A DNA stretch of 64,000 nt from Candidatus Woesearchaeota archaeon (GTDB lineage: Archaea; Nanobdellota; Nanobdellia; Pacearchaeales; GW2011-AR1): contig CAYFFD010000001.1 of assembly GCA_964342415.1 (NCBI GenBank), positions 4,658 to 68,657 on the forward strand. Direction: 5' to 3'. The translations under genes and the position numbers were made by a program. The first letter of the stretch is position 1; every line of letters starts with the position of its first letter. Below are positions 20,201 to 29,384 of this stretch, one piece after another. Below the pieces are notes generated by a model. It saw only the letters and a program-made list of their open reading frames with translations. It did no database searches and was not told the DNA's origin.

Positions 20201-21961
20201 TTAGCTAGAGTTTCGTGGACTCCTACAAACAGCGATGTCGGCGCTAATGCAGTTAATTTCACGTTGAGTGATGGAACTAAAACAGTTTCACAAGTTGCAA
20301 CAATTACAATAGTTAATACAAACGACGCTCCAACGATAACAAGCAGTTCTCCTTCATCTGACCCAATAGTAAAAAACAAAACTGCCCAAACATTTTCTGT
20401 TAGTACTAGCGACGCTGATAGTGATTCATTAAGTATAACATGGTATGTCAATGGAAGCTCAAATGGAACTGGAAGCAGTTTTAGTTTAACAAAAACAATT
20501 TCAGAAAACTCAGAGGTATTCAATATCACTGTTTTTGTGTCAGATGGAACAGAAACAGATTCAAAAGAATGGAAATTAATTGTGACAAGCATCCCTGTTA
20601 CAAGTTCATTCACAGGAAGTGGGACAACAGATTTCTCAACAATCCCTGACTTAAGTTCCGCAACAGATATTGTTCTCGCGGAAAGCGACGGGAAAATTGA
20701 CTTTGGAAATGAAATTCTAGACTTGAGCAACGTTCTTGACTTAGACAATAATATCAAAATTCTTGAAGGAATCGTAGCTATAAATTCTTCAAGATATCCT
20801 CAGTTAAACAAACCAGCGACAATAACTTTAACAGGATTATCTTATAGCACAGCTCCAAAGGTTTTTTCCAATAGCGATTTCACAACAAGCTCAAGCGAAA
20901 TAACAAGTGAATGCAGTTTCTGTAAAATTACTAATTTCACTAAAGCTCCGACAAGCAGTGGAACAGTTATTTTTGAAGTGGAACATTTCAGCTCTTTCAA
21001 GGTTGCAGCAAGTGGAAATAAATTAGACTTGAATTCATTTGACGACTTAGATTTATGTGAAGAAGGAATTATTGGAGATTTAGAATTAGAAATTAAAGAC
21101 CCAGATGAAAGAGATGACTTCAAAATAGGAGACCTAATAAAAATAAAAGTGGATGTTGAAAACAGTGCTGACGAAGACCAAGACGTTATTGTTGAGGCGT
21201 CATTATACAACATTGATGAAGATGATGAAATGGAAAATGATGAAAGCAATGACGAAGAAATAAATGAAGATGATAACGAAATATTTAATCTTGAAATCGA
21301 AGTTCCTGATGACTTTGATGATGGCGACGATTATTTGATATATGTAAAGGCTTACGAAGAGAAGAATGAAGATGAACAATGTGATGAGAAGATAGTTGAA
21401 ATAAAATTAGAAAGAGAAAAACATGATGTTATAATTAAAGATATGGAGATTACACCTTTAACAATTCGTTCTGGAAAAAACCTCAACGTGTTTGTTGATA
21501 TAGAAAACATTGGAAGCAGTGATGAAGATGTTTATGTAACTTTGAAAAATGATGCTCTTGAAATTTTTGAAAAAAGCGAAACTTTTGAACTCGAAGAGCA
21601 AGGTGAAGATGATTTCTTTACTCAAGGATTTTTTGTAAGAATTCCTGACAACACATTAGAGGGAGAATATTCACTTATAATAGAGGCAGTGTTTGATGGT
21701 GAAGAAGACACAAGGACAGAAACAATTTCTGTCTTAAGATCATTGTCTTTAATCAGTACAGATTTTGACGGAGAAATTATTAACCTCAAATATGGAGAAA
21801 AGACAGAAACAATAAAAATAGAAAAAGAAGGTTATTTGAAAAAAGTCAGTTCATCGTCAAAAGAGAAAGATTATTTATTTGTCGTCGCGCTTGCACTTGG
21901 AATATTGATTCTTCTTCTATTAATAGCCGTTATACTAAGTTCAAGAAGAATATTCAGATAA
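17204..21961 (+). CDS. giant surface protein with repeated beta-sandwich domains, many N-glycosylation sequons, acidic linker and C-terminal TM anchor
   Basis: It has a signal peptide and dozens of N-x-S/T sites. Domains of ~100 aa repeat. An acidic block (EDDEMENDESNDEEINEDDNE) is present. The C-terminus has a TM followed by RRIFR. Length is 1585 aa. Confidence 0.6.
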   Translation: MERGKSLALLSIISLILFSSFIFATHVITTSSGASSYSVNEDVSFNYNITVNNTDLGQTANITQVDITLPSSFSFLANSNDTDSPSTIFTNTSAVLSWTNSTNFVVNESDVRNFWFNATASTPGNFNLTITTTNSTGSFSSNISVTINDTTIPSSISFVSPTSSNNSNTSQSYIPINITAIDNGVISTIIIKLFNSTNDQINSSSNSSSPSQFLANFTGLSDGVYYFNSTVNDTFGNSNSTSTRKITLDALAPNVFGFNNPVSNANLSGTQVINATANDTTLTISSVFFNITNSSGQISFLATSQTGDNWNATLNTSALTDGNYNITVYANDTVGNLNNSEKISVTIDNTFPTLTSLSVSGVFNNGTINISSPANQDGLYDNLTIDLAYSETVSASIFVINSTGSVVKTIYSISSVQNPTAKGWDGTLTGGANASDGFYTINTTFTDEANNTNTTQVASVYVDNTAPSVTITSPKSNENFTKDQSVLLLGAVSDLNVAQSLVFNVSNSTFSSTYTTEKNLWFNNSFDITKLADGFYNVTAIANDTLGNLNKTEKVLILVDSTDPTITNLNIAPSTINNDNNVTLNATINDSFSGISRVWVSSNFTGSFVNYTISGSGQNYSFLIKSGNFSNQEVVGYQWFTNDTLGNEVNSSLQKFNISNRVPVFVSTAITNATEDKVYTYQVNTTDSDGDSLTYSLTTSPTGMGITSSTGLIVWLPDNSQVGNSTVSVLVNDSKGGTATQTFAVNVTNANDIPTTPSLTSPSNQSTLLKNSTTLKWNVSTDDDNNTITYYVFFSNETSPSINATTTNPNLTVSGLEDNETYYWNVIASDGIGNSSTTATLQFNISLNNAPNITAHAPLLNKTISENQTLMFNATIFDVDGDNIIYNWTIDNVQNSSATTSTSNETIFFNYTPSFSDSGTHTIKLSIKDTNNNSGTAKSWLVTVSNDNRDPTLNTIIDYSVNEDSTLTFDITGSDPDEGDTLTYDSNLSSISITKVNNTLARVSWTPTNSDVGANAVNFTLSDGTKTVSQVATITIVNTNDAPTITSSSPSSDPIVKNKTAQTFSVSTSDADSDSLSITWYVNGSSNGTGSSFSLTKTISENSEVFNITVFVSDGTETDSKEWKLIVTSIPVTSSFTGSGTTDFSTIPDLSSATDIVLAESDGKIDFGNEILDLSNVLDLDNNIKILEGIVAINSSRYPQLNKPATITLTGLSYSTAPKVFSNSDFTTSSSEITSECSFCKITNFTKAPTSSGTVIFEVEHFSSFKVAASGNKLDLNSFDDLDLCEEGIIGDLELEIKDPDERDDFKIGDLIKIKVDVENSADEDQDVIVEASLYNIDEDDEMENDESNDEEINEDDNEIFNLEIEVPDDFDDGDDYLIYVKAYEEKNEDEQCDEKIVEIKLEREKHDVIIKDMEITPLTIRSGKNLNVFVDIENIGSSDEDVYVTLKNDALEIFEKSETFELEEQGEDDFFTQGFFVRIPDNTLEGEYSLIIEAVFDGEEDTRTETISVLRSLSLISTDFDGEIINLKYGEKTETIKIEKEGYLKKVSSSSKEKDYLFVVALALGILILLLLIAVILSSRRIFR

Positions 21962-22021
21962 AGGGGATACAGAAAAGTTTATAAATAGTTTTCAAATGTT
22001 ACTACTAAAGAATTTAGAGAG

Positions 22022-22846
22022 GTGATAGGAAATGAAATGGATTACGAAAAAAAAGGAAAAGAAGAAGGGAATTATGCTCAAGAAAGAGGGATCTCAAGAA
22101 GAAAATTTTTAATAGGTTCAGCTGCAACAGCTCTTGTTGCAGGTGCTACTTCACCTTTTTTAATACCGGGAAAAGCTTCAGCTGGGTTTTTAGAGGATAT
22201 CTTAAGTTCAGCAGGTTTGCCTGTAGAATATGATAAAACGCTTGCAATTCCTGACCCAACTATAACTCATATAATAGAACATGGAAGACTTCCAGATAAT
22301 TTTGAACTTTATAGAGAAACTATTTCAAAAGATCCTTTTATCCAGTTTTTAACGGAAATAAGAGAACTTCCAAAAGAAGGTTTTAGATATTATATGAGTA
22401 CTACTGCAGATGCTACAGGCAAGAAGCCAAATGCTATAGTTTTCCAACCAGAAAATTTCTCCACTCAATTTAATCCTAGAGAAGATTTTGTTGAAGTTTC
22501 TCGTGAAGAAGGTTTAAGTTATTTCCCTTCAATGATTAATGGAACTAAAGGAAATCGCTTCTCTCAAAAAAATTTTGTTCAAAGATTAGGGTACTATGAT
22601 GAAGAAGGAAGAGAAGTTGTATATGCAATAGGCATTCAAACTAGTGGTGAAGATAATGGTAAAACCCTAGGTTATAGAAATGCTATGATTCTTAATAAAT
22701 CAAAATTTAGTTTATACTCATCTACTAGTGATGGAGATGGTGGAGGTGGAGGAATTGGTGCTGGCCCTAGTGGAGAAGCTGGTGGTGGGCCTACCGGAGA
22801 TGCTACTGGTGGTGGAGGTCAAGCTGGAGGAGACGGAGCAAAATAA
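22022..22846 (+). CDS. secreted protein with twin-arginine signal and Gly-rich C-terminus
   Basis: SRRKFLIGSAATALVAGA is a Tat-like signal. The tail is GGGGIGAGPSGEAGGG. Confidence 0.45.
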   Translation: MIGNEMDYEKKGKEEGNYAQERGISRRKFLIGSAATALVAGATSPFLIPGKASAGFLEDILSSAGLPVEYDKTLAIPDPTITHIIEHGRLPDNFELYRETISKDPFIQFLTEIRELPKEGFRYYMSTTADATGKKPNAIVFQPENFSTQFNPREDFVEVSREEGLSYFPSMINGTKGNRFSQKNFVQRLGYYDEEGREVVYAIGIQTSGEDNGKTLGYRNAMILNKSKFSLYSSTSDGDGGGGGIGAGPSGEAGGGPTGDATGGGGQAGGDGAK

Positions 22847-22853
22847 AAATAAA

Positions 22854-24506
22854 ATGAATTTAAAAAATATTCAACTTAAAAAAAAGAATTTGATTTTTGG
22901 ACTTGTTGCAATGTTATTTGTAATTCCCTTTGTTCTTGCTGTAACAGGAATAATTCAAATAGATAGTTTTTTCGATAGTTCAACAGGACAACCATTAAAT
23001 GGTGTTGAGATCTTGCTATTTTCTTGTGGAGATACTTCATGTAACAACATTGGCTCGCAAATTTTTAATTTAAATTCAGGAGCAACTAATCAAATAACAT
23101 TTGAATATCCTTACAATCCTTCTTCAACAGAAGGCAATCAAGATTATTTTGCACATTATTTTTTCAAAGAAGATTACCTTCCTAAAGAATATGTTGAACA
23201 TGTTTGGGGATTTGGTGCAACACTTGAATACGATTATAATTTCAACAAGGCGCAATCATGCCATTCACCAATTGATTCTTTCAGTATTACAAATTCAAAT
23301 TATGTAAATGAACCAGTTGTTGTAAGTGTAGAAGCAATTCTTGAAGCAGATGCACACAGCGCTTTCACAAATCTTCTCTTGGATTTTATTCCTTCAGGAT
23401 TTGAAGACTATTATTCTGCTGAAACAGAAATAACAGTTGAGATACTTGATGAAAATGATAATGTTGTAAATACAGAAAGCAAGACATATGAAATTCTTGC
23501 AGACACTTCGCAGAACGTTGTGTTCACATGGACTCCAAGCCAAGAAGGAAATTATAGTGCAAGAGTAAAGACAGATGTTATTGATTCTCAATGCCAAAGC
23601 AGCTTTGAGCAATTCTCTGAAAAGCAGTTTCTTGTTTGGGAAGAAAGACCTCAAAACCAGTGTTACACAATAATAAATGACTTGGAAGCAACACCTGAAT
23701 TTGCAAAACAAGGAGATTTAGTAACAGTAAGATTCAACAAGATAAGCAATTTCGCGGATGATAATTTTTCAAAAACGCCAATTCAAACAAGAGCAACATA
23801 TGAAATAACAGACAGCCAGAATAATGTTGTTTTCTCTGACAATCTTTTGTTAAATGCCAATGCAAATGATACTGATTATCAAGAAATTACTTTCACATGG
23901 ACTCCAAACTTCGGAGAAAATTTTAACGTAAAGGTTACAGGTATTGGAGAAGATTCTTTGTGTGATGGAAAAACAAATCCTCTAGACGCAGCGATTTTAG
24001 GTTTTTTCGTGGAATCCGCAGAAACATATGATGTTTTATTTGTTGTTTCTGATTCTGAAACAGACGTAAATCTAAATGAGGCAAATGTTGTCTTTGAAAG
24101 CCAAAATGGAAAAACAAATTCTGCAGGAAAAGTTACTTTCACTTCAAATCCAGGAAGTTTTAATTGGATTGTGTCCTCAACAGGATATGAATCAAAAACA
24201 GGAACAGCAGATATCACAGGAGATGTTACAATAAATGTGGCTCTTGATAGAATTCTAATTGTTGAAGATGACGATGATGACGATAGCAGCAGTGGAGGTG
24301 GGAGTAGTGGAAGTAGAACAAGGCAAATTAATTTCCCTGTTTTAAGCGCTTCTCCAAGCGGAATTCCTGCACAAATATCTACTATAGATTTAAGTGAAGG
24401 AGATGAAAAGCCTGAATCAAATGCATTGGTATGGTTTTTAATAATTGCTGAATTAATAGTTGTTCTAGGAATTGTCTTGTTTTTAGTAAGAAAAAGATTT
24501 AGTTAA
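22854..24506 (+). CDS. surface protein with C-terminal TM anchor
   Basis: The likely start is MNLKNIQLKK at 22854, because the longer ORF overlaps the upstream gene. It has a signal peptide. The C-terminus runs DDDDDDSSSGGGSSGS...WFLIIAELIVVLGIVLFLVRKRFS. Confidence 0.5.
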   Translation: MNLKNIQLKKKNLIFGLVAMLFVIPFVLAVTGIIQIDSFFDSSTGQPLNGVEILLFSCGDTSCNNIGSQIFNLNSGATNQITFEYPYNPSSTEGNQDYFAHYFFKEDYLPKEYVEHVWGFGATLEYDYNFNKAQSCHSPIDSFSITNSNYVNEPVVVSVEAILEADAHSAFTNLLLDFIPSGFEDYYSAETEITVEILDENDNVVNTESKTYEILADTSQNVVFTWTPSQEGNYSARVKTDVIDSQCQSSFEQFSEKQFLVWEERPQNQCYTIINDLEATPEFAKQGDLVTVRFNKISNFADDNFSKTPIQTRATYEITDSQNNVVFSDNLLLNANANDTDYQEITFTWTPNFGENFNVKVTGIGEDSLCDGKTNPLDAAILGFFVESAETYDVLFVVSDSETDVNLNEANVVFESQNGKTNSAGKVTFTSNPGSFNWIVSSTGYESKTGTADITGDVTINVALDRILIVEDDDDDDSSSGGGSSGSRTRQINFPVLSASPSGIPAQISTIDLSEGDEKPESNALVWFLIIAELIVVLGIVLFLVRKRFS

Positions 24507-24741
24507 AGTTTCTTTTTCTTGATTTTACCTTTCATTAATTCTTTTTGATTTAGAAACATTAAAATTGCTGCTGGAACTATGAAAATCCAATCAACTAAAA
24601 AAGTTAAAACAAGAAAACAAAGAGCGATTACCGAGTATGCTACAACCTTAGGATTTTTCATGTTAATTTCTGTTTTCTTATCTTTATAATTTATATGATA
24701 TAATGTATAAAGATTTTTAAGCTAACTCTCTTGTATGATTT

Positions 24742-25920
24742 ATGGGATTATTTGATTTTTTTAAGAAAATAATTAAGAAGAATATTGAAGAGCCAAAAGT
24801 AGAGCAAGAGAAAATTGCTTTCTTTGAGATTGGAGATTGGATTGAAAGAAAGGGGAATGAAATCGAAATTAGAGAAAAAGAAATTGTTGTTTTAGTTCAA
24901 GGAAAAATTAAGGTTTTTGAAAATGAACTTAGGGAAAAAATAAAGGTTGTAGAAAATTTTGATGTTGAGTCTAAAAAAGTTGAAGACCAAATTAAATTTA
25001 TTGTAAATGAAGGCAGAAAAAAGTACATTGAATCTTTGAAAGATTTTGTGGAAAAATTGGAGAAATTAGAAATAGAAAACCTTGAAAAATTTATTGATGT
25101 TGTAAACAAGATTTTTTTAGATTTTAATAAAAGCTCGCATATGAGTTATGAAAGAACCACTGTTTTAATTGGGAAAGAAATGAAGGAAATAAAAGAAAGT
25201 TTAAAATTATTTTCTAGAAATTTGATAAAAGTGTTTGATGAAAATAAAGAAATCGTAGATTCATCTAAAACGATTTCTCTTATTAAATTAAAATCAAACT
25301 ATGTTACAAAGAGTGAATCAATTCTTGAGAAAATTAATGAAACAGTTAATGATTTAGATGAAAAAATAATTGAGGAAGAAGAAAAGGAAAAAAATATTCT
25401 TGAGGAAATTGAAATAATTAAGGAAAGCGATGAATATAAGGAAAACCTTGAGAGAAGGGAAAAAATTAAATTATCTGATGAAGAATTAAAAAAAGATCTT
25501 CTAAGCTTAAAGCAACTTATTGATTTTAAAGGCTTGGCTAATTTTTTCCATATTTTTAAAGATCAAATGAATATTGTAAAAGCTCATAGAGAGAATTTTC
25601 AAACAAGTTTTAGAAAAGACGATGGAGAGAGCATTACTAACTTGTTAGATAAATCTAATTTGAATAATGAGACAATTTCTGGAAAGATAAAAGAAGTTAA
25701 TGATAAAAAAGAAGAAATGATAAAACTGAAACAAGAAATTAAGAAAGATAAAACAGAAGAACTAAGCTCTGAGAAAACAAAAACAATTCTTGAAATTGAA
25801 AACTTAAAGAATGAAAAAATCAGAGAAGAAAAAAGATATGCAAAACTTAAAGAAGGTAAAGAAAATTTAGTCAAGGAAGTAAAAGAAAAAATTAAAGAGA
25901 TGGGTGTAGAGGTTGATTAA
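24742..25920 (+). CDS. K/E-rich coiled-coil protein
   Basis: It is 392 aa and highly charged, with heptad-like periodicity. No enzymatic motif is present. Confidence 0.4.
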   Translation: MGLFDFFKKIIKKNIEEPKVEQEKIAFFEIGDWIERKGNEIEIREKEIVVLVQGKIKVFENELREKIKVVENFDVESKKVEDQIKFIVNEGRKKYIESLKDFVEKLEKLEIENLEKFIDVVNKIFLDFNKSSHMSYERTTVLIGKEMKEIKESLKLFSRNLIKVFDENKEIVDSSKTISLIKLKSNYVTKSESILEKINETVNDLDEKIIEEEEKEKNILEEIEIIKESDEYKENLERREKIKLSDEELKKDLLSLKQLIDFKGLANFFHIFKDQMNIVKAHRENFQTSFRKDDGESITNLLDKSNLNNETISGKIKEVNDKKEEMIKLKQEIKKDKTEELSSEKTKTILEIENLKNEKIREEKRYAKLKEGKENLVKEVKEKIKEMGVEVD

Positions 25921-26316
25921 GAGTTCAGAAAATGCTCAAAAAAATATGGAAATTCCTAAAGAGAATTGTGTGGGGTAAAGATTTAGTAGTTTATGAATTG
26001 AGAAAATTTTTAAGAACATTATATGAGGGTTATCCCACTCACGCCTTTTTTGATTATGAATTAAAAGGAAAAGAGAGATTAGAAGTTGGTACAACCTTCT
26101 TTTAGCAGATAAAATAATGAGTAAGGTTTGGATAGAAAAAGAAAAGAAATATGGTTATATTTTGAGAGTTGAAGGATTAAGATTAGTGGAACTTTGGAAT
26201 ACTGAAAGAATAACATTATGGATAGTTTTACTCACTTTGGTTAGTATATTTTTTATTATAAATGTAAGATAACCCTCTAACAAAACTCTTAAAAACCTTA
26301 ATTCTTATGTTTTTTT

Positions 26317-26577
26317 GTAGACTAGGTTGGCGGGTTAGCCCTCCGCTGCTTGCAAACGGGCTTTATGGCAGACTGTAAGAGGGGGCGTGACAAGAAAGTT
26401 GGGAGGTCCTTTGTTCCAACGTTGAAGTTTTGTCCGTTTTGATCTTGCAGATGCGAATTGGGTCAGGCCTTGATCGGAGCAGCCCTAAACATTTGTTAAG
26501 GTGCTTGACGGGTCGCAAGGCCGAGGAAGAACAAGGGTTAGCTTTTCAGCAATCTTTGAGCAAACTCTCGAGTCTAC
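26317..26577 (+). ncRNA. signal recognition particle RNA (SRP/7S RNA), candidate
   Basis: It is a GC-rich island in an AT-rich genome with no long ORF. The terminal helix pairs GTAGACT at 26317-26323 with AGTCTAC at 26571-26577. An internal GGGTCAGGCC...GATCGGAGCAGCC resembles the domain IV/helix 8 consensus GGUCAGGUCCGGAAGGAAGCAGCC. Confidence 0.55.
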
Positions 26578-26586
26578 TTAAAAAAA

Positions 26587-26775
26587 ATGAAATATTGGGT
26601 CTTCGTTAAATCTTTTTTTCAAACATTTTTATTACTAGTAACTATTTTTTTAAGTGCATATGTGGCGACAAATTATAATCAACCTCTTGGTTTTTTAGGT
26701 TGGTTTGCTGTAACAATGATGGTTATAACAGTATTCTCAATAGCATTTATTGATTATTATCTAAGTAAAAATTAA
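26587..26775 (+). CDS. small membrane protein (2 TM)
   Basis: It is 62 aa with two hydrophobic segments. Confidence 0.3.
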   Translation: MKYWVFVKSFFQTFLLLVTIFLSAYVATNYNQPLGFLGWFAVTMMVITVFSIAFIDYYLSKN

Positions 26776-27326
26776 ACCAAACTTGCCTTGATTATTTTTA
26801 CTTCTTCTATTGGCCTATCGCTTCCATCTTTTTCAACAGCCGCGATTTTGTCAACAACATCCATTCCTTCCACGACTTTTCCAAAGACAGGATGTTTGTC
26901 ATCAAGAAAATTATTGTCTACAAGATTTATAAAAAATTGACTGCTTCCAGTGTTTGGTCCTGAATTGGCCATTGAAATTGTTCCGCGATCGTTTTTGTTT
27001 CCACCTGCGTGCGTGAATTCATCTTGAATGTTTGGTATTTTTGGATCTCCAAATCCAGTTCCTGTAGGATCACCGCCTTGAATCATAAAACTCGGAATGA
27101 CTCTATGAAAAATAACTCCATCATAAGTTCCTTGATTTACTAAATTCTCAAAATTGCCCGCAGTGATCGGCATATCAGAATACAATTCAATTACAATATT
27201 TCCTTGATTTGTTTCCAGTTGAACTTTTTTGTTATTTGAATTTCCCATTGTGTATATAATTACAGAACCTAAGATTAAAAGAACAATTATAAAGATTGCG
27301 ATTTTGTTTTCTAATAATTTTTTCAT
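26772..27326 (-). CDS. peptidyl-prolyl cis-trans isomerase, cyclophilin type, membrane-anchored
   Basis: It has FHRVIPSFMIQGGDPTGTG and GTISMANSGPNTGSSQFFI motifs plus an N-terminal TM. Confidence 0.8.
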   Translation of the reverse strand: MKKLLENKIAIFIIVLLILGSVIIYTMGNSNNKKVQLETNQGNIVIELYSDMPITAGNFENLVNQGTYDGVIFHRVIPSFMIQGGDPTGTGFGDPKIPNIQDEFTHAGGNKNDRGTISMANSGPNTGSSQFFINLVDNNFLDDKHPVFGKVVEGMDVVDKIAAVEKDGSDRPIEEVKIIKASLV

Positions 27327-27401
27327 TTATCAAAATAAATTTTACAGTATATAAATTTTTCAAAACATCAATTTAATAAATTCAATTTCCTTTTTTTATC
27401 T

Positions 27402-28100
27402 ATGAAAAAGAGTGATAGAAGAGGGCAATTTTATCTGTTTGTGACAATAATACTTCTTTCAGTAATTGTTGGAATTGCGACCTTGTCGAATTTTTCTCAA
27501 AAGCAAACAAACGTTAACTTTCAATATGTAAAGGACGAGTTGAATATAGAAAGTGAAAAAGTTTTAGACTATGGATTAAAAAACAACAAAGACACAAAAG
27601 TACTTTTAACAGATTTTACAAAAACATATTCAAACTATTCTGACGCTGACAATTTTTATTATGTTTTCGGAGACAAGGGGGAAATTACAATTTCAGGATA
27701 CAAGAAATTTTCTTCTGGGACAGTTTTGTTTGACTTAGGAAATGGAAGCCAAGAATGGAACATAAACGAAGGAGTTTATGCCTCGCAAAGTTTTTCCAAT
27801 CCTAAAAGAAACATCAACCTTACTATTGATGAAATTATTTATGACTTCACGCTAAGGCGCGGAGAGAATTTCTACTTCATACTTTCAAAAGAAACAAACG
27901 GAGAAGTTTATATTTTAAGCAATAGCTATTATGATGAAAATCTTGGGGAATGGGGTGCTTGTGGAAATGGAGTTATAGAAAGTGGAGAAACATGTGACGA
28001 TGGTAACACAAATAGTGGTGATGGTTGTTCAAGTTCTTGCCAGATAGAAGATATTGGAGGCGGTGGAGGTGAAGGTGGTGGAGATGGTGAAGCACAATAA
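27402..28100 (+). CDS. pilin-like protein with class III (type IV pilin) signal and C-terminal cysteine-rich repeat
   Basis: The N-terminus is MKKSDRRGQ followed by FYLFVTIILLSVIVGIA. The C-terminus CGNGVIESGETCDDGNTNSGDGCSSSCQ matches the Myxococcus-type Cys-rich repeat. Confidence 0.55.
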   Translation: MKKSDRRGQFYLFVTIILLSVIVGIATLSNFSQKQTNVNFQYVKDELNIESEKVLDYGLKNNKDTKVLLTDFTKTYSNYSDADNFYYVFGDKGEITISGYKKFSSGTVLFDLGNGSQEWNINEGVYASQSFSNPKRNINLTIDEIIYDFTLRRGENFYFILSKETNGEVYILSNSYYDENLGEWGACGNGVIESGETCDDGNTNSGDGCSSSCQIEDIGGGGGEGGGDGEAQ

Positions 28101-28257
28101 AAATAAAATCAATTCAGAAATTATTTTCTATTAAGATTAACATTGAGATCATATCCTGAAATTTTTAAAGAATCACATCCATTAGAAAAATTTCCTAAAG
28201 AAGAAGTCCATCCATTTAAAGAATGATAAACTTCTAATTTTTCAAAGTTATCCATTT

Positions 28258-28539
28258 TCAATTTACCCTGATAGTTTTTTGTCCCTTTAGAACATAAATT
28301 CCCCCTTTTGTTTTTCTCCCTGAAAAAGAACCATCTTTTGTTTGTGTAAATTCAACTTCTTGCTCATACCCTGAATACTCAGCATCCCAATCTCCAGATA
28401 TATCACAAACTCTCTCTCCGCTAGGAAGAACTACTGAATTTGGGGTATTAGCATCTAATGGGGTTAGTGGTTTTGGTGGTTCTGCAGTAGCACACGCTAC
28501 TTCCAAAGCTCCTATTCCTAAAGCCCCTACAACTGCCAT
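28258..28539 (-). CDS. hypothetical small protein, GC-richer than context
   Basis: It is 93 aa. ALGIGALEVACATAEPP looks like a signal or lipobox. It runs antisense to the pilus-locus orientation. Confidence 0.2.
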   Translation of the reverse strand: MAVVGALGIGALEVACATAEPPKPLTPLDANTPNSVVLPSGERVCDISGDWDAEYSGYEQEVEFTQTKDGSFSGRKTKGGIYVLKGQKTIRVN

Positions 28540-28682
28540 GTTCTTCTAATATCTTGATATCTTGATTTCATTTTAATTCCTTATATTTGAAGATTGGAGC
28601 GATTATTTATTTATAAGGATTGTTGTAATAAGGAAATTATCGAAATCTAAAAATTAATAAATAATAAAATGGTGACATAACT

Positions 28683-29384
28683 ATGAAAAAAGAGGCTTGG
28701 AAAAATCAATTTTTCTTTCTAAGAGATCGCAGAGGAATAAGCGTCATGATTGGTTATGTTCTTTTGGTAACAATTACAATAATAATAAGCACAATAATGT
28801 ATCAATGGCTTAACACTTACATTCCAACAGAGTCTTTGGATTGTCCTGATGGTGTTTCGGTTTTTGTAGAAGAGACAAGATACAACTGCACAGAAAAAAT
28901 TCTTGACTTCACGATAAAAAACAACGGAAGGTTTGACATTGCAGGTTACTTCATACACGGAACGAATTCCTCAAGCCAAGGACTTGCAACAATAGCATTA
29001 TCTCAGTACAGTAATCTGAGTGCAGAAGGAGAAATCATCTTTGATGCAGACAATAATTTTCTAAAGCCAAACAATAAATTAGACAACATATTCGATCTTA
29101 GCAATACTTCTTTCGGGCAAATTCAATCGCTTGAAATAATTCCAATAAGATATCAGCCAGTCAACAACAAAAATAGAATTGTCAGTTGCAGTGATTCAAA
29201 AATAAGAGAAGTAATTAGCTGTTATACAGGAAGTGTTCCATGTATCCCTGAAGATGTCTCTGTGACTTGTGGAACATGGGTTTGTGGTTCTAAAACAAAT
29301 AATTGTGGTGATGCGGTATCATGCCTACCAGGATGTACTTTACCGGAAACCTGTAATGCAAACGGGCAATGTACACAAGGGTAA
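28683..29384 (+). CDS. pilin-like protein with class III signal and Cys-rich C-terminus
   Basis: The N-terminus is ...LRDRRG followed by ISVMIGYVLLVTITIIISTIMY. The C-terminus is CGTWVCGSKTNNCGDAVSCLPGCTLPETCNANGQC. Confidence 0.55.
   Translation: MKKEAWKNQFFFLRDRRGISVMIGYVLLVTITIIISTIMYQWLNTYIPTESLDCPDGVSVFVEETRYNCTEKILDFTIKNNGRFDIAGYFIHGTNSSSQGLATIALSQYSNLSAEGEIIFDADNNFLKPNNKLDNIFDLSNTSFGQIQSLEIIPIRYQPVNNKNRIVSCSDSKIREVISCYTGSVPCIPEDVSVTCGTWVCGSKTNNCGDAVSCLPGCTLPETCNANGQCTQG

Noticed and set aside
17392-21249. Several minus-strand ORFs within the 1585-aa surface protein gene
   Set aside because: They are shadow ORFs of a long AT-rich gene with no independent support.
22728-22853. Long upstream extension of the 22854 surface-protein ORF
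   Set aside because: It overlaps the preceding gene's Gly-rich tail in another frame. The plausible start is MNLKNIQ followed by a signal peptide.
23101-23711. Short ORFs within the 22854..24506 gene
   Set aside because: They are internal or antisense to a longer supported ORF.
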